A stretch of DNA of 64,000 bases from Neoechinorhynchus agilis (taxonomy: Eukaryota; Animalia; Acanthocephala). Each line of letters starts with the position of its first letter. Position 1 is the stretch's first letter. The notes under the pieces were generated by a model. The model had not been told where the DNA came from. It made no database searches and worked only from the letters and a program-made list of their open reading frames with translations. A program made the position numbers and the translations under genes. The stretch spans positions 5,765,489 to 5,829,488 of the forward strand of contig CM121342.1 of assembly GCA_051530055.1 (NCBI GenBank), read 5' to 3'. Below are positions 25,085-38,384 of the stretch, in pieces.

Positions 25085-26625
25085 TGGGAATAAAACCTAT
25101 CGTTTCTTCGGAGAATATTTCAAAAGATTTGGATGCGTTATTTACAGGGATATAAGATTTAAAGTTGTACAGAAAAAAAAAGATTTATTTGGTTGAAGAA
25201 GGACGTTTTATCAGTCTCAAGCCTTTGAACAAAAAAAAGAATTACAATGCGAACCTGAGCCGTATAAAATTAAAAGGAAATGATTATTATTGGGAATAAA
25301 CCTATCTTTTCTTCGGAGAATATTTCAAAAGATTTGGAGCGTTATTTACAGGGATATAAGATTTAAAGTTGTACAGAAAAAAAAGATTTATTTGGTTGAA
25401 GAAGGACGTTTTATCAGTCTCAAGCCTTTGAACAAAAAAAAGAATTACAATGCGAACCTGAGCCGTATAAAATTAAAAGGAAATGATTATCATTGGGAAT
25501 AAAACCTATCTTTTCTTCGGAGAATATTTCAAAAGATTTGGATGCGTTATTTACAGGGATATAAGATTTAAAGTTGTACAGAAAAAAAAGATTTATTTGG
25601 TTGAAGAAGGACGTTTTATCAGTCTCAAGCCTTTGAACAAAAAAAGAATTACAATGCGAACCTGAGCCGTATAAAATTAAAAGGAAATGATTATTATTGG
25701 GAATAAAACCTATCGTTTCTTCGGAGAATATTTCAAAAGATTTGGATGCGTTATTTACAGGGATATAAGATTTAAAGTTGTACAGAAAAAAAGATTTATT
25801 TGGTTGAAGAAGGACGTTTTATCAGTCTCAAGCCTTTGAACAAAAAAAAGAATTACAATGCGAACCTGGGCCGTATAAAATTAAAAGGAAATGATTATTA
25901 TTGGGAATAAAACCTATCTTTTCTTCGGAGAATATTTCAAAAGATTTGGATGCGTTATTTACAGGGATATAAGATTTAAAGTTGTACAGAAAAAAAAGAT
26001 TTATTTGGTTGAAGAAGGACGTTTTATCAGTCTCAAGCCTTTGAACAAAAAAAAGAATTACAATGCGAACCTGGGCCGTATAAAATTAAAAGGAAATGAT
26101 TATTATTGGGAATAAACCTATCGTTTCTTCGGAGAATATTTCAAAAGATTTGGATGCGTTATTTACAGGGATATAAGATTTAAAGTTGTACAGAAAAAAG
26201 ATTTATTTGGTTGAAGAAGGACGTTTTATCAGTCTCAAGCCTTTGAACAAAAAAAAGAATTACAATGCGAACCTGAGCCGTATAAAATTAAAAGGAAATG
26301 ATTATTATTGGGAATAAAACCTATCTTTTCTTCGGAGAATATTTCAAAAGATTTGGATGCGTTATTTACAGGGATATAAGATTTAAAGTTGTACAGAAAA
26401 AAAAGATTTATTTGGTTGAAGAAGGACGTTTTATCAGTCTCAAGCCTTTGAACAAAAAAAAGAATTACAATGCGAACCTGGGCCGTATAAAATTAAAAGG
26501 AAATGATTATTATTGGGAATAAAACCTATCTTTTCTTCGGAGAATATTTCAAAAGATTTGGATGCGTTATTTACAGGGATATAAGATTTAAAGTTGTACA
26601 GAAAAAAAAAGATTTATTTGGTTGT
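25085..26625. repeat. ~204-bp tandem array (~7.5 copies)
   Basis: GGGAATAAA(A)CCTATC recurs every 203-206 bp; the periodic ORFs are artefacts of the array. Confidence 0.97.
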
Positions 26626-27229
26626 CTCAAATCTTTAAACCTTTTTAGGTGACCGGATGAGGCGGGCAAAACTCAATAGAAATTCATTTAAGAATTTCGA
26701 TCAAAATCCTTCAAAAAAGAATAGAGTGATCATTCGATGTGTTTCGAAATATCTCAATATTTCGACTTCTTCGATTCATGAAAACGGTTTTAAATTAACT
26801 CAAAAAATAAAAGAAAGTCGCATTGAACGCGCCTATTCTTTTATCAGCAGGACAGAGAAAAAATTATTGGGGAAGATTGGCATCTCAAGATTTTGTCAAT
26901 TAACAAAGAAAAGGATTCATGTATCTTTGATTCTCCCCATGAGCACTCGAGATTGATTCCAGTACTTCTTTAGAGATTTGTTGAGAGATTTGATGAATAT
27001 TTCTTTTTTTAGGTAAAAGTTGAGAGTGGATTAAAAAAATCAGAACGAACTTTTGATTGACGTCATTTCGTGTGACGTAACGATGGCGCGCGCCGAAATT
27101 ACTAAATTGATGAAGTTTGGCGATAGCGAGAAATTACGAACAAAATAACGTCTTTAAAATGATAATTCGAATTTTCTATAAAGCATTGAAACTTTAAGAG
27201 AGGCAAAAAGAAGTTTCTAAACCTCTTTA

Positions 27230-29840
27230 GAGTTCAATTTCGCTCCTGGATCGTTGAAATCAATCTCCAATGATTTTTATTTACGCATTATACGAATTTT
27301 TATTAAGAAAAAAATCGTCAATACTTTCCTACTCCCGGAGCGTTGAAATCAATCTCCAATGATTTTTATTTACGTATTATACGAATTTTTATTCCGAAAA
27401 AAAATCATCAATACTTTCCTAAACCTCTTTAGAATTCAATTTCGCTCCTGGAGCGTTGAAATCAATCTCCAATGATTTTTATTAACGTATTATACGAATT
27501 TTTATTAAGAAAAAAATCATCAATACTTTCCTAAACCTCTTTAGAATTCAATTTCGCTCCTGGAGCGTTGAAATCAATCTCCAATGATTTTTATTTACGT
27601 ATTATACGAATTTTTATTCCGAAAAAAATCGTCAATACTTTCCTACTCCCTGAGCGTTGAAATCAATTTCCAAGGATTTTTATTTACGCATTATACGAAT
27701 TTTTATTCCGAAAAAAATCATCAATACTTTCCTACTCCCGGAGCGTTGAAATCAATCTCCAATGATTTTTATTTACGTATTATACGAATTTTTATTCCGA
27801 AAAAAATCATCAATACTTTCCTAAACCTCTTTAGAATTCAATTTCGCTCCTGGAGCGTTGAAATCAATCTCCAATGATTTTTATTTACGTATTATACGAA
27901 TTTTTATTAAGAAAAAAATCATCAATACTTTCCTACTCCCGGTTGTTTTTTATACGATTATACGAATTTTTATTGAAAAAATCATCAATACTTTCCTAAA
28001 CCTCTTTGATTCTTTCGCTCCTGGAGCGTTGAAATCAATCTCCAATGATTTTTATTTACGATTATACAATTTTTATTCCGAAAAAATCTCAATACTTTCC
28101 TACTCCCGGAGCGTTGAAATCAATCTCCAATGATTTTTATTTACGTATTATACGAATTTTTATTCCGAAAAAAATCATCAATACTTTCCTAAACCTTTTA
28201 GAATTCAATTTCGCTCCTGGAGCGTTGAAATCAATCTCCAATGATTTTTATTAACGTATTATACGAATTTTTATTAAGAAAAAAATCATCAATACTTTCC
28301 TACTCCCTGAGCGTTGAAATCAATTTCCAAGATTTTTATTTACGATTATACGAATTTTTATTGAAAAATTCATTTTACTCCCGGAGCGTTGAAATCTCCA
28401 ATGATTTTTATTTACGTATTATACGAATTTTTATTCCGAAAAAAATCATCAATACTTTCCTAAACCTCTTTAGAATTCAATTTCGCTCCTGGAGCGTTGA
28501 AATCAATCTCCAATGATTTTTATTAACGTATTATACGAATTTTTATTAAGAAAAAAATCATCAATACTTTCCTACTCCCGGAGCGTTGAAATCAATTTCC
28601 AATTATTTAATGCGACGCATTATACGAATTTTTATTCCGAAAAAAATCATCAATACTTTCCTACTCCCGGAGCGTTGAAATCAATCTCCAATGATTTTTA
28701 TTTACGTATTATACGAATTTTTATTCCGAAAAAAATCATCAATACTTTCCTAAACCTCTTTAGAATTCAATTTCGCTCCTGGAGCGTTGAAATCAATCTT
28801 TTTTTTTTTGTTTTTTTAGCGTTGAATCATTCCAATGATTTTTATTTACGTATTATACGAATTTTTATTAAGAAAAAAATCGTCAATACTTTCCTACTCC
28901 CGAGCGTTGAAATCAATCTCCAATTATTTTTATTTACGTATTATACGAATTTTTATTCCGAAAAAAATCATCAATACTTTCCTACTCCCGGAGCGTTGAA
29001 ATCAATCTCCAATGATTTTTATTTACGTATTATACGAATTTTTATTCCGAAAAAAATCATCAATACTTTCCTAAACCTCTTTAAATTCAATTTCGCTCCT
29101 GGAGCGTTGAAATCAATCTCCAATGATTTTTATTTACGTATTATACGAATTTTTATTAAGAAAAAAATCATCAATACTTTCCTACTCCCGGAGCGTTGAA
29201 ATCCATCTCCAAGTATTTTTATTTACGTATTATACGAATTTTTTATTAAGAAAAAAATCATCAATACTTTCCTACTCCCGGAGCGTTGAAATCAATTTCC
29301 AATTATTTAATCGAGCGCATTATACGAATTTTTATTCCGAAAAAAATCATCAATACTTTCCTACTCCCGGAGCGTTGAAATCAATCTCCAATGATTTTTA
29401 TTTGCGCATTATACGAATTTTTATTAAGAAAAAAATCATCAATACTTTCCTACTCCCGAGCGTTGAAATCCATCTCCAAGTATTTTTATTTACGTATTAT
29501 ACGAATTTTTTATTAGAAAAAATCATCAATACTTTCCAACTCCCGGAGCGTTGAAATCAATTTCCAATTATTTAATGCCGAGCCGCATTATACGAATTTT
29601 TATTCCGAAAAAAATCATCAATACTTTCCTACTCCCGGAGCGTTGAAATCAATCTCCAATGATTTTTATTTACGCATTATACGAATTTTTATTAAGAAAA
29701 AAATCGTCAATACTTTCCTACTCCCGAGCGTTGAAATCAATTTCCAATTATTTAATACCGAGACGCATTATACGAATTTTTATTCCGAAAAAAATCATCA
29801 ATACTTTCCTACTCCCGAGCGTTGAAATCAATCTCTAATG
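27230..29840. repeat. Composite tandem array of ~89- and ~112-bp units
   Basis: GGAGCGTTGAAATCAATCTCC recurs with 89-90 or 111-112 bp spacing. Confidence 0.95.
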
Positions 29841-30596
29841 ATTTATTAGTTTTACAGAATTTTACGATTCACGTGGTGGTCCCGTGTTCTTTGTTATTTC
29901 CCCTTCAAATGAATTGTTCTTTAAAGACAGTCATTTTCTTGACTAATGTCCTCCACTCAGAATGGACATCTAGACGGCTCGTCGCATTGGTTCGAGTTTC
30001 TCACATTAGCAACGCATTTTTAGGCTAGAAAAGGATGGCGGTATCAGCTGAATAGGACATTTTGACATTTTAAAGGGACTTTCACTCATAAACCGATGTT
30101 GCCGTCGCGTTCTCCCTCTTGTTCTAATCCAATATTCTTGTTGAGCATTTCTAAGACTTTAATTAAAATATTTCGACCAATCACACTGAACTTGATCACT
30201 ATGAATTATTGTTTGTAAGTGTTTTTCAACTGTGAAAAATCCATTGCGATTGGAACAAAATCACTAAGATTCGTGAAATGGACAACTTAAAATAGTCTTT
30301 GGACGATAATCCAAGGAATCGGAGGCGTTTAAAAAGACGGAGCTTATCTTAATGCAACGAAATTGAAAGATGTGCGAAAAAACGAGTCTCTATTTTTATA
30401 TCTTCTTTTAATTCCCCCAATAAAGTGCTTCCCTCGTGGCACTGTACTAAATCATTCGATTTTCTTGCCAGTTCAAAACGAATATCCAAATTTGCTAACA
30501 ATAAAGATCCAAAATAACAAAATCTTTTTAAATTCAACCAAAAAAGGTGCTTATAAATACACAATTTTTATTTTTAGTTAAAAATATAATGAGTAT

Positions 30597-30779
30597 GTGG
30601 CGGTTGGGGAAAAAATTATATATCAAAGACTTTAATTAAAATATTTCGACCAATCAAACAGAACTTGATCACTATGAATTATTGTTTGTAAGTGTTTTTC
30701 AACTGTGAAAAATCCATTGCGATTGGTCGAAATATTTTAATTAAAATCTTTGATATAAATTTTTTTTCCCAACCGCCAC
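30597..30779. mobile_element. 183-bp foldback/MITE-like element with ~60-bp inverted arms
   Basis: GTGGCGGTTGGGG...ATATTTCGACCAATC versus GATTGGTCGAAATAT...CCCAACCGCCAC; interior duplicates 30156-30260. Confidence 0.7.
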
Positions 30780-30939
30780 TTAACAAGACTATCTTTCTAC
30801 CCGAATGTGATTTTTTGCGTAAAATTCAATGTTCAATAAGAGCGATCTCGTGTTTAAAATCCGTTTGTACTCATCGGATATTTGATGATTTAAGCGATAC
30901 AAATAAGTTTCGTGGATTTCATTTTGCCACTTTTTAAAG

Positions 30940-32182
30940 ATGAAACGAACGCGAACTGCTCATTTGCCCAATCGAATGCGAGCATCGAAAGCCATGAGAA
31001 AGGAAGAGGTACCGAAAGTGAAATGCCGTGAAAGTCAACAAACCGAGATCGAACAATGGGTTTCTGATCGAATTTCAGGGAGATGTTCTTCAGCGTTACA
31101 CATCAATGGACCTCCTGGAACAGGCAAAACCTTCGTAATGAAGGCCATAGTTCGCCAACTAGGAAATAAGGCAATCTATGTCAACTGCATGCAACGAACT
31201 CGAGAAACCTTTCGTCTGAATGATGAAATAAGACGAGCTTTGGACGTGAAACCTGCCGCAAAGGTCATTGATTATTTGACCAAAATGCCAATTCTATTAG
31301 TCATCGACGAGATTGATCAGATAGTGGGAAACGGAAAGATCTCACGTAAAGGAAAAAATGCAGATAGGGATTTTTTTATCAATCTTCTAAAGATTTCGCT
31401 TCAGTCTAAATATAGACTAGCACTTGTCGGTAAGTGAATTCTCGCGATAAATCAATTCATTTTTTAACACGTTCAAAGGTGTATCGAATGCTCTTAGAAA
31501 CCTCGCCAATCGATTCCATTCGGAAACTGGGATAAAAAAGTTTTCGACTCATTTCAATACTCTAACGTTTCCGCCTTATACTTGCGATGAAATCAATCAA
31601 ATCATTGAACAAGACGTTGATGAATTAAACAATCAAAACATGGCCAAATGTGTCCGATTCGATAAATCCGTTTTAACATGGTGTAGTGCACTTGTATCCA
31701 ACTCAACCGGAGATGCTAGAAACGCAATCGAATTGGCACGGACAGCTTTTTCGAAAGCCATCGCTAAAGGTTTACAAGTTGTAAGTCTTGATAATATCAT
31801 CGCAGACCAAGACGAGAAACAAAATCTTCCTCCAGAATCAACTTTATCTCTTCCTCAACGTCTAGTCTTAAAGCAACTAGTCAGTATGGTGGAATGTAGA
31901 CCCGGACGACTGGATGTTGGAACCACTGACGAGTGTTATGTGACTTTTCAACGTAATGAGTTGACAGTTCAGCTCGGTCGAATGGAATACGACGGAATAA
32001 TTGGATGTCTTTGTGATATGGGACTGTTGAATCTTGACTGTCTATCAAGGAAATCTAGAGGATTTGGTTCAATCAGATCTAATTCAATACGCAGGAGTTC
32101 GATGGCGGACATTGCAATCGTTAAACTCAGCAAACATCCTGATGACCTAAAATCACTTCTAAAAAACAATAAAAATCCATAG
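30940..32182 (+). CDS. CDC6: Cell division control protein 6-like AAA+ ATPase (2 exons)
   Basis: LHINGPPGTGKT (Walker A), LVIDEIDQI (Walker B), LVG/VSNA across a 49-nt intron (31430-31478), FPPYT, TGDARNAIELAR, winged-helix-like C-terminus. CDC6 preferred over ORC1 because there is no N-terminal BAH domain. Confidence 0.85.
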
Positions 32183-32269
32183 TCTAGTAAATTTTTATTA
32201 GTAGACTTCAATTTAATGTCGAATCATAAATTAAATCGCATTGTGGAAGGGGGGTTTTTTCTATTTTAA

Positions 32270-33775
32270 TTCGGGAAATTCACGAATATTTTTCAGTTGT
32301 CTCATTTTTGGAGCATTTGTACAAAAATTCTAGGATTGCCTCAGTCTTCATAAATTCCATCCCATTGTGTTTTTTGATTTTAACTCGGGAAATTCACGTA
32401 TATTTTTCCGTTGTCTCATTTTTCGAGCATTTGTACAAAAATTCTAGGATGGTTTCAGTCTTCATAAATTCCATCCCATTGTGTTTTTTGATTTTAATTC
32501 AGGAAATTCACGAATATTTTTCAGTTGTCTCATTTTTGGAGCATTTGTACAAAAATTCTAGGATTGCCTCAGTCTTCATAAATTCCATCCCATTGTGTTT
32601 TTTGATTTTAATTCAGGAAATTCACGAATATTTTTCAGTTGTCTCATTTTTGGAGCATTTGTACAAAAATCCTAAGATTGCCTCAGTCTTCATAAATTCC
32701 ATCCCATTGTGTTTTTTATTTTAATTCAGGAAATTCACGAATATTTTTCCGTTGTCTCATTTTTTGAGCATTTGTACAAAAATCCTAAGATTGCCTCAGT
32801 CTTCATAAATTCCATCCCATTGTGTTTTTTGATTTTAATTCAGGAAATTCACGAATATTTTTCAGTTGTCTCATTTTTTGAGCATTTGTACAAAAATCCT
32901 AAGATTGCCTCAGTCTTCATAAATTCCATCCCATTGTGTTTTTTGATTTTAATTCAGGAAATTCACGAATATTTTTCCGTTGTCTCATTTTTTGAGCATT
33001 TGTACAAAAATCCTAAGATTGCCTCAGTCTTCATAAATTCCATCCCATTGTGTTTTTTGATTTTAATTCAGGAAATTCACGAATATTTTTCAGTTGTCTC
33101 ATTTTTTGAGCATTTGTACAAAAATCCTAAGATTGCCTCAGTCTTCATAAATTCCATCCCATTGTGTTTTTTGATTTTAATTCAGGAAATTCACGAATAT
33201 TTTTCAGTTGTCTCATTTTTTGAGCATTTGTACAAAAATCCTAAGATTGCCTCAGTCTTCATAAATTCCATCCCATTGTGTTTTTTGATTTTAATTCAGG
33301 AAATTCACGAATATTTTTCAGTTGTCTCATTTTTTGAGCATTTGTACAAAATCCTAAGATTGCCTCAGTCTTCATAAATTCCATCCCATTGTGTTTTTTG
33401 ATTTTAATTCAGGAAATTCACGAATATTTTTCAGTTGTCTCATTTTTTGAGCATTTATACTAAAATTCTAGGATGGTCTCAGTCTTCATAAATTCCATCC
33501 CATTGTGTTTTTTGATTTTAATTCAGGAAATTCACGAATATTTTTCCGTTGTCTCATTTTTTGAGCATTTGTACAAAAATCCTAAGATTGCCTCAGTCTT
33601 CATAAATTCCATCCCATTGTGTTTTTTGATTTTAATTCAGGAAATTCACGAATATTTTTCCGTTGTCTCATTTTTTGAGCATTTGTACAAAAATCCTAAG
33701 ATGGTCTCAGTCTTCATAAATTCCATCGCATTGCTAATGGGGTTTTTTTAGTTTAATTCAGGAAATTCACGACTT
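32270..33775. repeat. 114-bp tandem array (~13 copies)
   Basis: GGAAATTCACGAATATTTTTC recurs every 114 bp; explains the 38-aa periodic ORFs. Confidence 0.97.
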
Positions 33776-33958
33776 TTTACGTTGTACTTAAAATTGGGCG
33801 ACTACAAAGTCTGAAGTTTAAAAAGGTCTTTTTAGAATCGCGGAATGAAGTCAACTCAGCGAGATTATTTTCTTGCTTAGATGCTATTGAACCAATGTTT
33901 ACTCGAAAACATCAATCGTGAGTGTGTTTATGCATAACTTTTTTGGAGTATAAAAGCA

Positions 33959-34426
33959 TTGGAGTTTGGCTTCCTTGGCGTATTCAACCGTCTACATCAA
34001 CTGTCACTCTTGAACATGGAGACTGAATCGGTATCTATGGAGGAACGCAAACTCGAGCCTTATGGTCATCAAGGAACCATCAGAAGCATTCTCAAGCATC
34101 TTTATACCAAAAAGGTGGAAGTCATGTTGACAAAACGGGAACATCGTCCCAGATTTTATTCTCTCCATCGAGCAATCAAGTTCTGGCGAGCTCTTAAGAT
34201 TGATGACACTGTACACGTTACCTTGTACAGTGATTCCAAAGAGTGCGACAATTTTATCAATTTATTCGGACTCTTCAATATAGAATTTAGAATTGACGAA
34301 GCTGTACTCGTCAAACTTAGCGGAAATCCAGGCGAGGACCAAATCGAGAACTTTGTGTCACTCGATGGAGGAAGAGACAAGTTCAGAATTATCAAATTCT
34401 GGAATGTCCGTAGACGAAATCACTGA
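33959..34426 (+). CDS. Hypothetical protein
   Basis: 155-codon open frame, globular-looking composition; start uncertain. Confidence 0.4.
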   Translation: MEFGFLGVFNRLHQLSLLNMETESVSMEERKLEPYGHQGTIRSILKHLYTKKVEVMLTKREHRPRFYSLHRAIKFWRALKIDDTVHVTLYSDSKECDNFINLFGLFNIEFRIDEAVLVKLSGNPGEDQIENFVSLDGGRDKFRIIKFWNVRRRNH

Positions 34427-34789
34427 GGTTTCCGACAGCGGAAATTTAGTGAAAAAACTTAGTTTCAACTGGCCGAGCGTCTTGAAGTGGGAGAATGTTC
34501 ACGGGAGCATCTTAGAAAAAGCGACTAAAACGTTTCATGCCACATAGGAAATAGTTTTGATTTAAGAATCACATTAACGTTTTACAGCGAAAATCCTATC
34601 GCATTCTGAGTTGTCCTATCATTTAATTTATAAGATGGATTCACGTATTGAAAATTGTTGGAGCACTTTTTTTCTTCTATGAAACTCCTATGATGTTCAT
34701 TCCCAGCAAATTTCTAAAGTCAACAAAACAACAAAACAATTTCCTGTGTATTTGAATAACATTTTTTACTTGATTTTAAACAACTGAAC

Positions 34790-36420
34790 TGTAAAACTTC
34801 CCGCCGACTCGCAGGAAAAATTCTCTGTAAACGTATCACAGAGAAAACTGGACAGCAACTTCGCCCAGTCCAACTGGGCACATCCTGCGGGTCCGAAGCC
34901 ATTGTCCACGCGCTCCGGAACTTTACTATGAGGAGTTCAGAGCCGTGCGTGATTCTAAAGTGTGATTTTCAGAATGCCTTTAACTCTTTCAATGGAGAAA
35001 ACGTGTTCTGCGCTATTAGGTTCTCAATACCTACGGGACGGCGACTCCTTTGCTTTTCGAAGACCACCTCATTTGGTCCGAAAGAGGAGTGCAGCAAGGA
35101 GATCCTCTCGGTCAAATCGCATTCTCCCTAACAGTAAATCCAATAGCCTTGTAGGGGAGACCTCGAGAATGAGCATTGAGCTCAATGCTGGAAAATGTGA
35201 GCTCCTTGTATTGAATATTGGAGACGCCGCCAAAGTCAACGAACTAATGGATGGGTTCGAGGCCGTAGCTCCAGGTCTGAAACTCGTGACTCGGGAACAA
35301 CTCAGCCTCTTGGGCAGTTGTGTCTTCGATTCAAATGTGGAAGATGAGATCGGCCGTATCATACCGAAACTTTCGTTGCTGTGCGATAGGGTGAGCGCTC
35401 TCTCGGCTCATGAAGCCTTGTTTCTCATAAAGAACGCGCTCTTCATCCCCAAATTATTGTACAAGGTTCGCACAGCAACATTTTTCAAACACAAAAAAGG
35501 ATTGGCAAAGCTCGACGACAAGGTGAGGGCTTGTCTCGAGCGTATTTTAAATGTCCAGCTCTCAGATGAGGCGTGGCGACAAGCTTCTTTGCCTGTGTCG
35601 TCTGGGGGATTGGGAATTCGGGCGCTAGTCGACCTTGCTTTGCCGGCCTTTCTTGGATCGTTTGAGGGGAGCCTACCAGTCTCGAAGAACATTTTGAAGG
35701 AAAAGTTTTGTCTTGACCGGGATTTCGTGGTGGCGGTTGAGGAATGGTGCCAGCAGACAGGCGCTAACCATGTTCCCGTGAATGGCCTCAGACAGTCGAT
35801 CTGGGACGGACCTCTTGTCGCGAGAGCTCACAGCTCTCTTCTTTCCGGTTCTCGCGATGGGGTCGTCCGAGCTAGACTGTTGGCAGTTTCAACACGAGAA
35901 TCTGGGGCGTGGTTGGAGGCTGTTCCTCTGGCATCTGTGGGAACTCTTCTTACTGACGAGGTAACGAGGATCACAGTGTCCTTAAGACTTGGTCTTGGGT
36001 CGACACGGTCTCGTTTGCCGAAAGTCAGGAGAAAGGTTCTCACGTCATTCTGGGATCAATTTCTCGGACGTTGTGAACGGCGGACTTCCCCTCGTCGACC
36101 TGACGGAATTTCGGCCTTTCCGTGGCGGGAGGACAATGTCTTTAAAGCAACATTCCCTATTCTCTCGAAATCGCTGGAGGTAAGGAAGGTTCGAAAATAT
36201 AGAGAATTAGCAAGGGCCCACTATTTTGTCCCGTATGGAGCGCTTTCTCAGCTCGGCACTCTGCTCCAGGATCTCTCGAAGAAATCGAGAGACCGGCGAC
36301 GCACGAGCAGGACAAAATATCTCGCTTGCAGTACAACGAAACAGAACTGCTAACGTGATAGCGACAGCCGAGGAGGGCGAGAAGCTCCGATTTTGCGGAC
36401 GATGGTGATTGCACGCTTTG
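34790..36420 (+). mobile_element. Second decayed CRE-like retrotransposon (different subfamily)
   Basis: CGSEAIVHALR, KCDFQNAFN, WRQASLPVSSGGLGIR, RESGAWLEAVP, RRPDGI, RKVRKY. A ~95-bp deletion relative to the 23-25 kb copy removes the YLDD catalytic motif. Confidence 0.9.
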
Positions 36421-36626
36421 TACTTTTAATTGCTTAGAATAAAAGTTTGATAAATTTTTAGGACATTAATCACATTTCAAGATCAAAGATAATTTTTGAT
36501 CACCTGCGAAATAAATTTGCTAAGATTCAAGTGTTTTCTAAATTGAATCAGAATTTGTGTTGATGCCGCACTTTGGTCAACACGAATAAGGTTTATTTTA
36601 CAGCCTGCGCCGCTAAATCGTAAACC

Positions 36627-38137
36627 TTAGAGCAAAAGCTCGTCATCATCCTCATCGATTTCCATCGCTACTTCCTGGTAATCCCGTTCCAGTGCTGCCA
36701 AATCCTCCCTTGCCTCCATAAACTCACCTTCCTCCATTCCTTCACCAACAAACCAATGCACAAACGCTCTTTTCGAGTACAAAAGATCGAAGTTCGAATT
36801 CAAACGAGCCCAAGCATCGCCGATTGCGGTTGTGTTTGCTAACATACACAAAGCACGCGGAACTTGAACTGGTTTTTGAGGTTCCTCAGATTTCAATCGG
36901 ACACTTCTGCTAGTTACTCCTTTACGGATCACGAGTGGCTCATCAATGGGCACTGCGAATGGTGGCTGGCGATTTATTCCGACCTTGAAACCAGTAAGAC
37001 ACCAATCGACGAAATGGACGTTTTTACGTGCTTTAATCGTCGTTATTGCCGATTGAATATCTCTAGGAACGACGTCTCCTCGGTATAAAAGACAGCACGC
37101 CATGTATTTTCCACTGGATGGATCACATTTGACCATTTGATTAGCCGGATCGAAACAAGAATTCGTCAATTGTGAAACAGAGAACCGTTCGTGGGCAACG
37201 GTTAGTGGACTTGTGAGCGGAGCGTAATTCACAAGCGGAAAATGGATTCGTGGATAAGGAACGAGATTCGTTTGGAACTCAGCAAGATCCACGTTCAAAA
37301 TGCCATCAAAACGTAACGAAGCAGTAATTGAAGAGACCGTCTGTGCCACTAGACGATTCAGGCTTGAGTATCCGGGACGCTCAACGCCTAGTTTGTTTTG
37401 ACATATTTCGTAAACGGCTTCATTGTCCATCATAAACGAACACGACGAATGTTCAAGAGTGGAATGAGTCATCAAAATCGAGTTGTAAGGTTCAACGACT
37501 GAAGTGGATATTCGCGGTGATGGATATATTGAGAACTGGAGTTTTGATCTTTTGTGAAACTCGTCCGTCATTTCCTCCATTAGAAGAGCTGTGAAACCAG
37601 ATCCAGTCCCTCCGCCAAATGAATGAAAAATTAAAAATCCCTTTTTCGTTGTTATTAATTGAACATTAGCGCAGTGAAATTTCAAACCTGAAAACTTGAA
37701 CTAGCTTCTACACTTCGGCGGATTTTCTCCATAGTTTCTGCGATTACCTCACGACCGACTGTATAACGGCCTCTGGCATAGTTATTTGCAGCATCCTCAT
37801 ATCCAGTGATCATCTGATCGGGATGGTACAGCTTTCGATAAGGTCCAGCGCGGATTTCATCTAAATGCATTTTCATTAGTCCACAAGACCGAAGTTTGAA
37901 CTCACCGATAACACTTGGTTCCAAATCAACGTGGACGCAACGAGGAACAAACTTCTCTTTGGAAGATGTTTCCGCAAAGAACGTATGACATCCACTACTA
38001 GTTTCCTTTTCTGAATCATCAGTGCTTTCCAATTTTATTCCGTCTTTTCCAATGTTGTGTTCAATGCAGTATAGTTCCCAGCAAGCATTTCCCATCTGAA
38101 CACCCGCTTGACCAACGTGGATGCTAAGGCATTCTCT
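36627..38137 (-). CDS. TUBA: Divergent alpha-tubulin (start-codon exon not located)
   Basis: [90 protein letters not shown]; 45- and 47-nt GT-AG introns. Confidence 0.95.
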
Positions 38138-38384
38138 CTAAATCAATACAAAATCGTAAAGGGAGAAAGAGTCCAAAAAAAGCTTCCCCGGACGACGACC
38201 AATTAGAAGTTTCTTATAATAAACCAATGAACCGAATTCAGTTTAAAAAACAATGTCAGTCTAAAAAAAGTCTCAAACTAATGCCAATCTATCGGAGAAA
38301 TGTGCTATTGTTTTGATTTGTTCGCCTAAGAATAACACATATAAATATTTTTAGACTGATCGTTTAAAACGACTGAACATTCTT

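Noticed and set aside
25085-26625. SL RNA gene array targeted by the adjacent CRE element
   Set aside because: Only a weak Sm-like ATTTATTTGG; no leader-GT donor or stem-loops recognised.
32308-33751. ORFs of 38-aa repeats; similar ORFs in the 25-26, 27-29, 44-46 and 59-61 kb arrays
   Set aside because: Artefacts of tandem periodicity; no evidence of coding constraint.
34721-34740. (CAA)-rich tract as a CRE target site
   Set aside because: Orientation is opposite to the TTG-rich 3' tail of the other copy.
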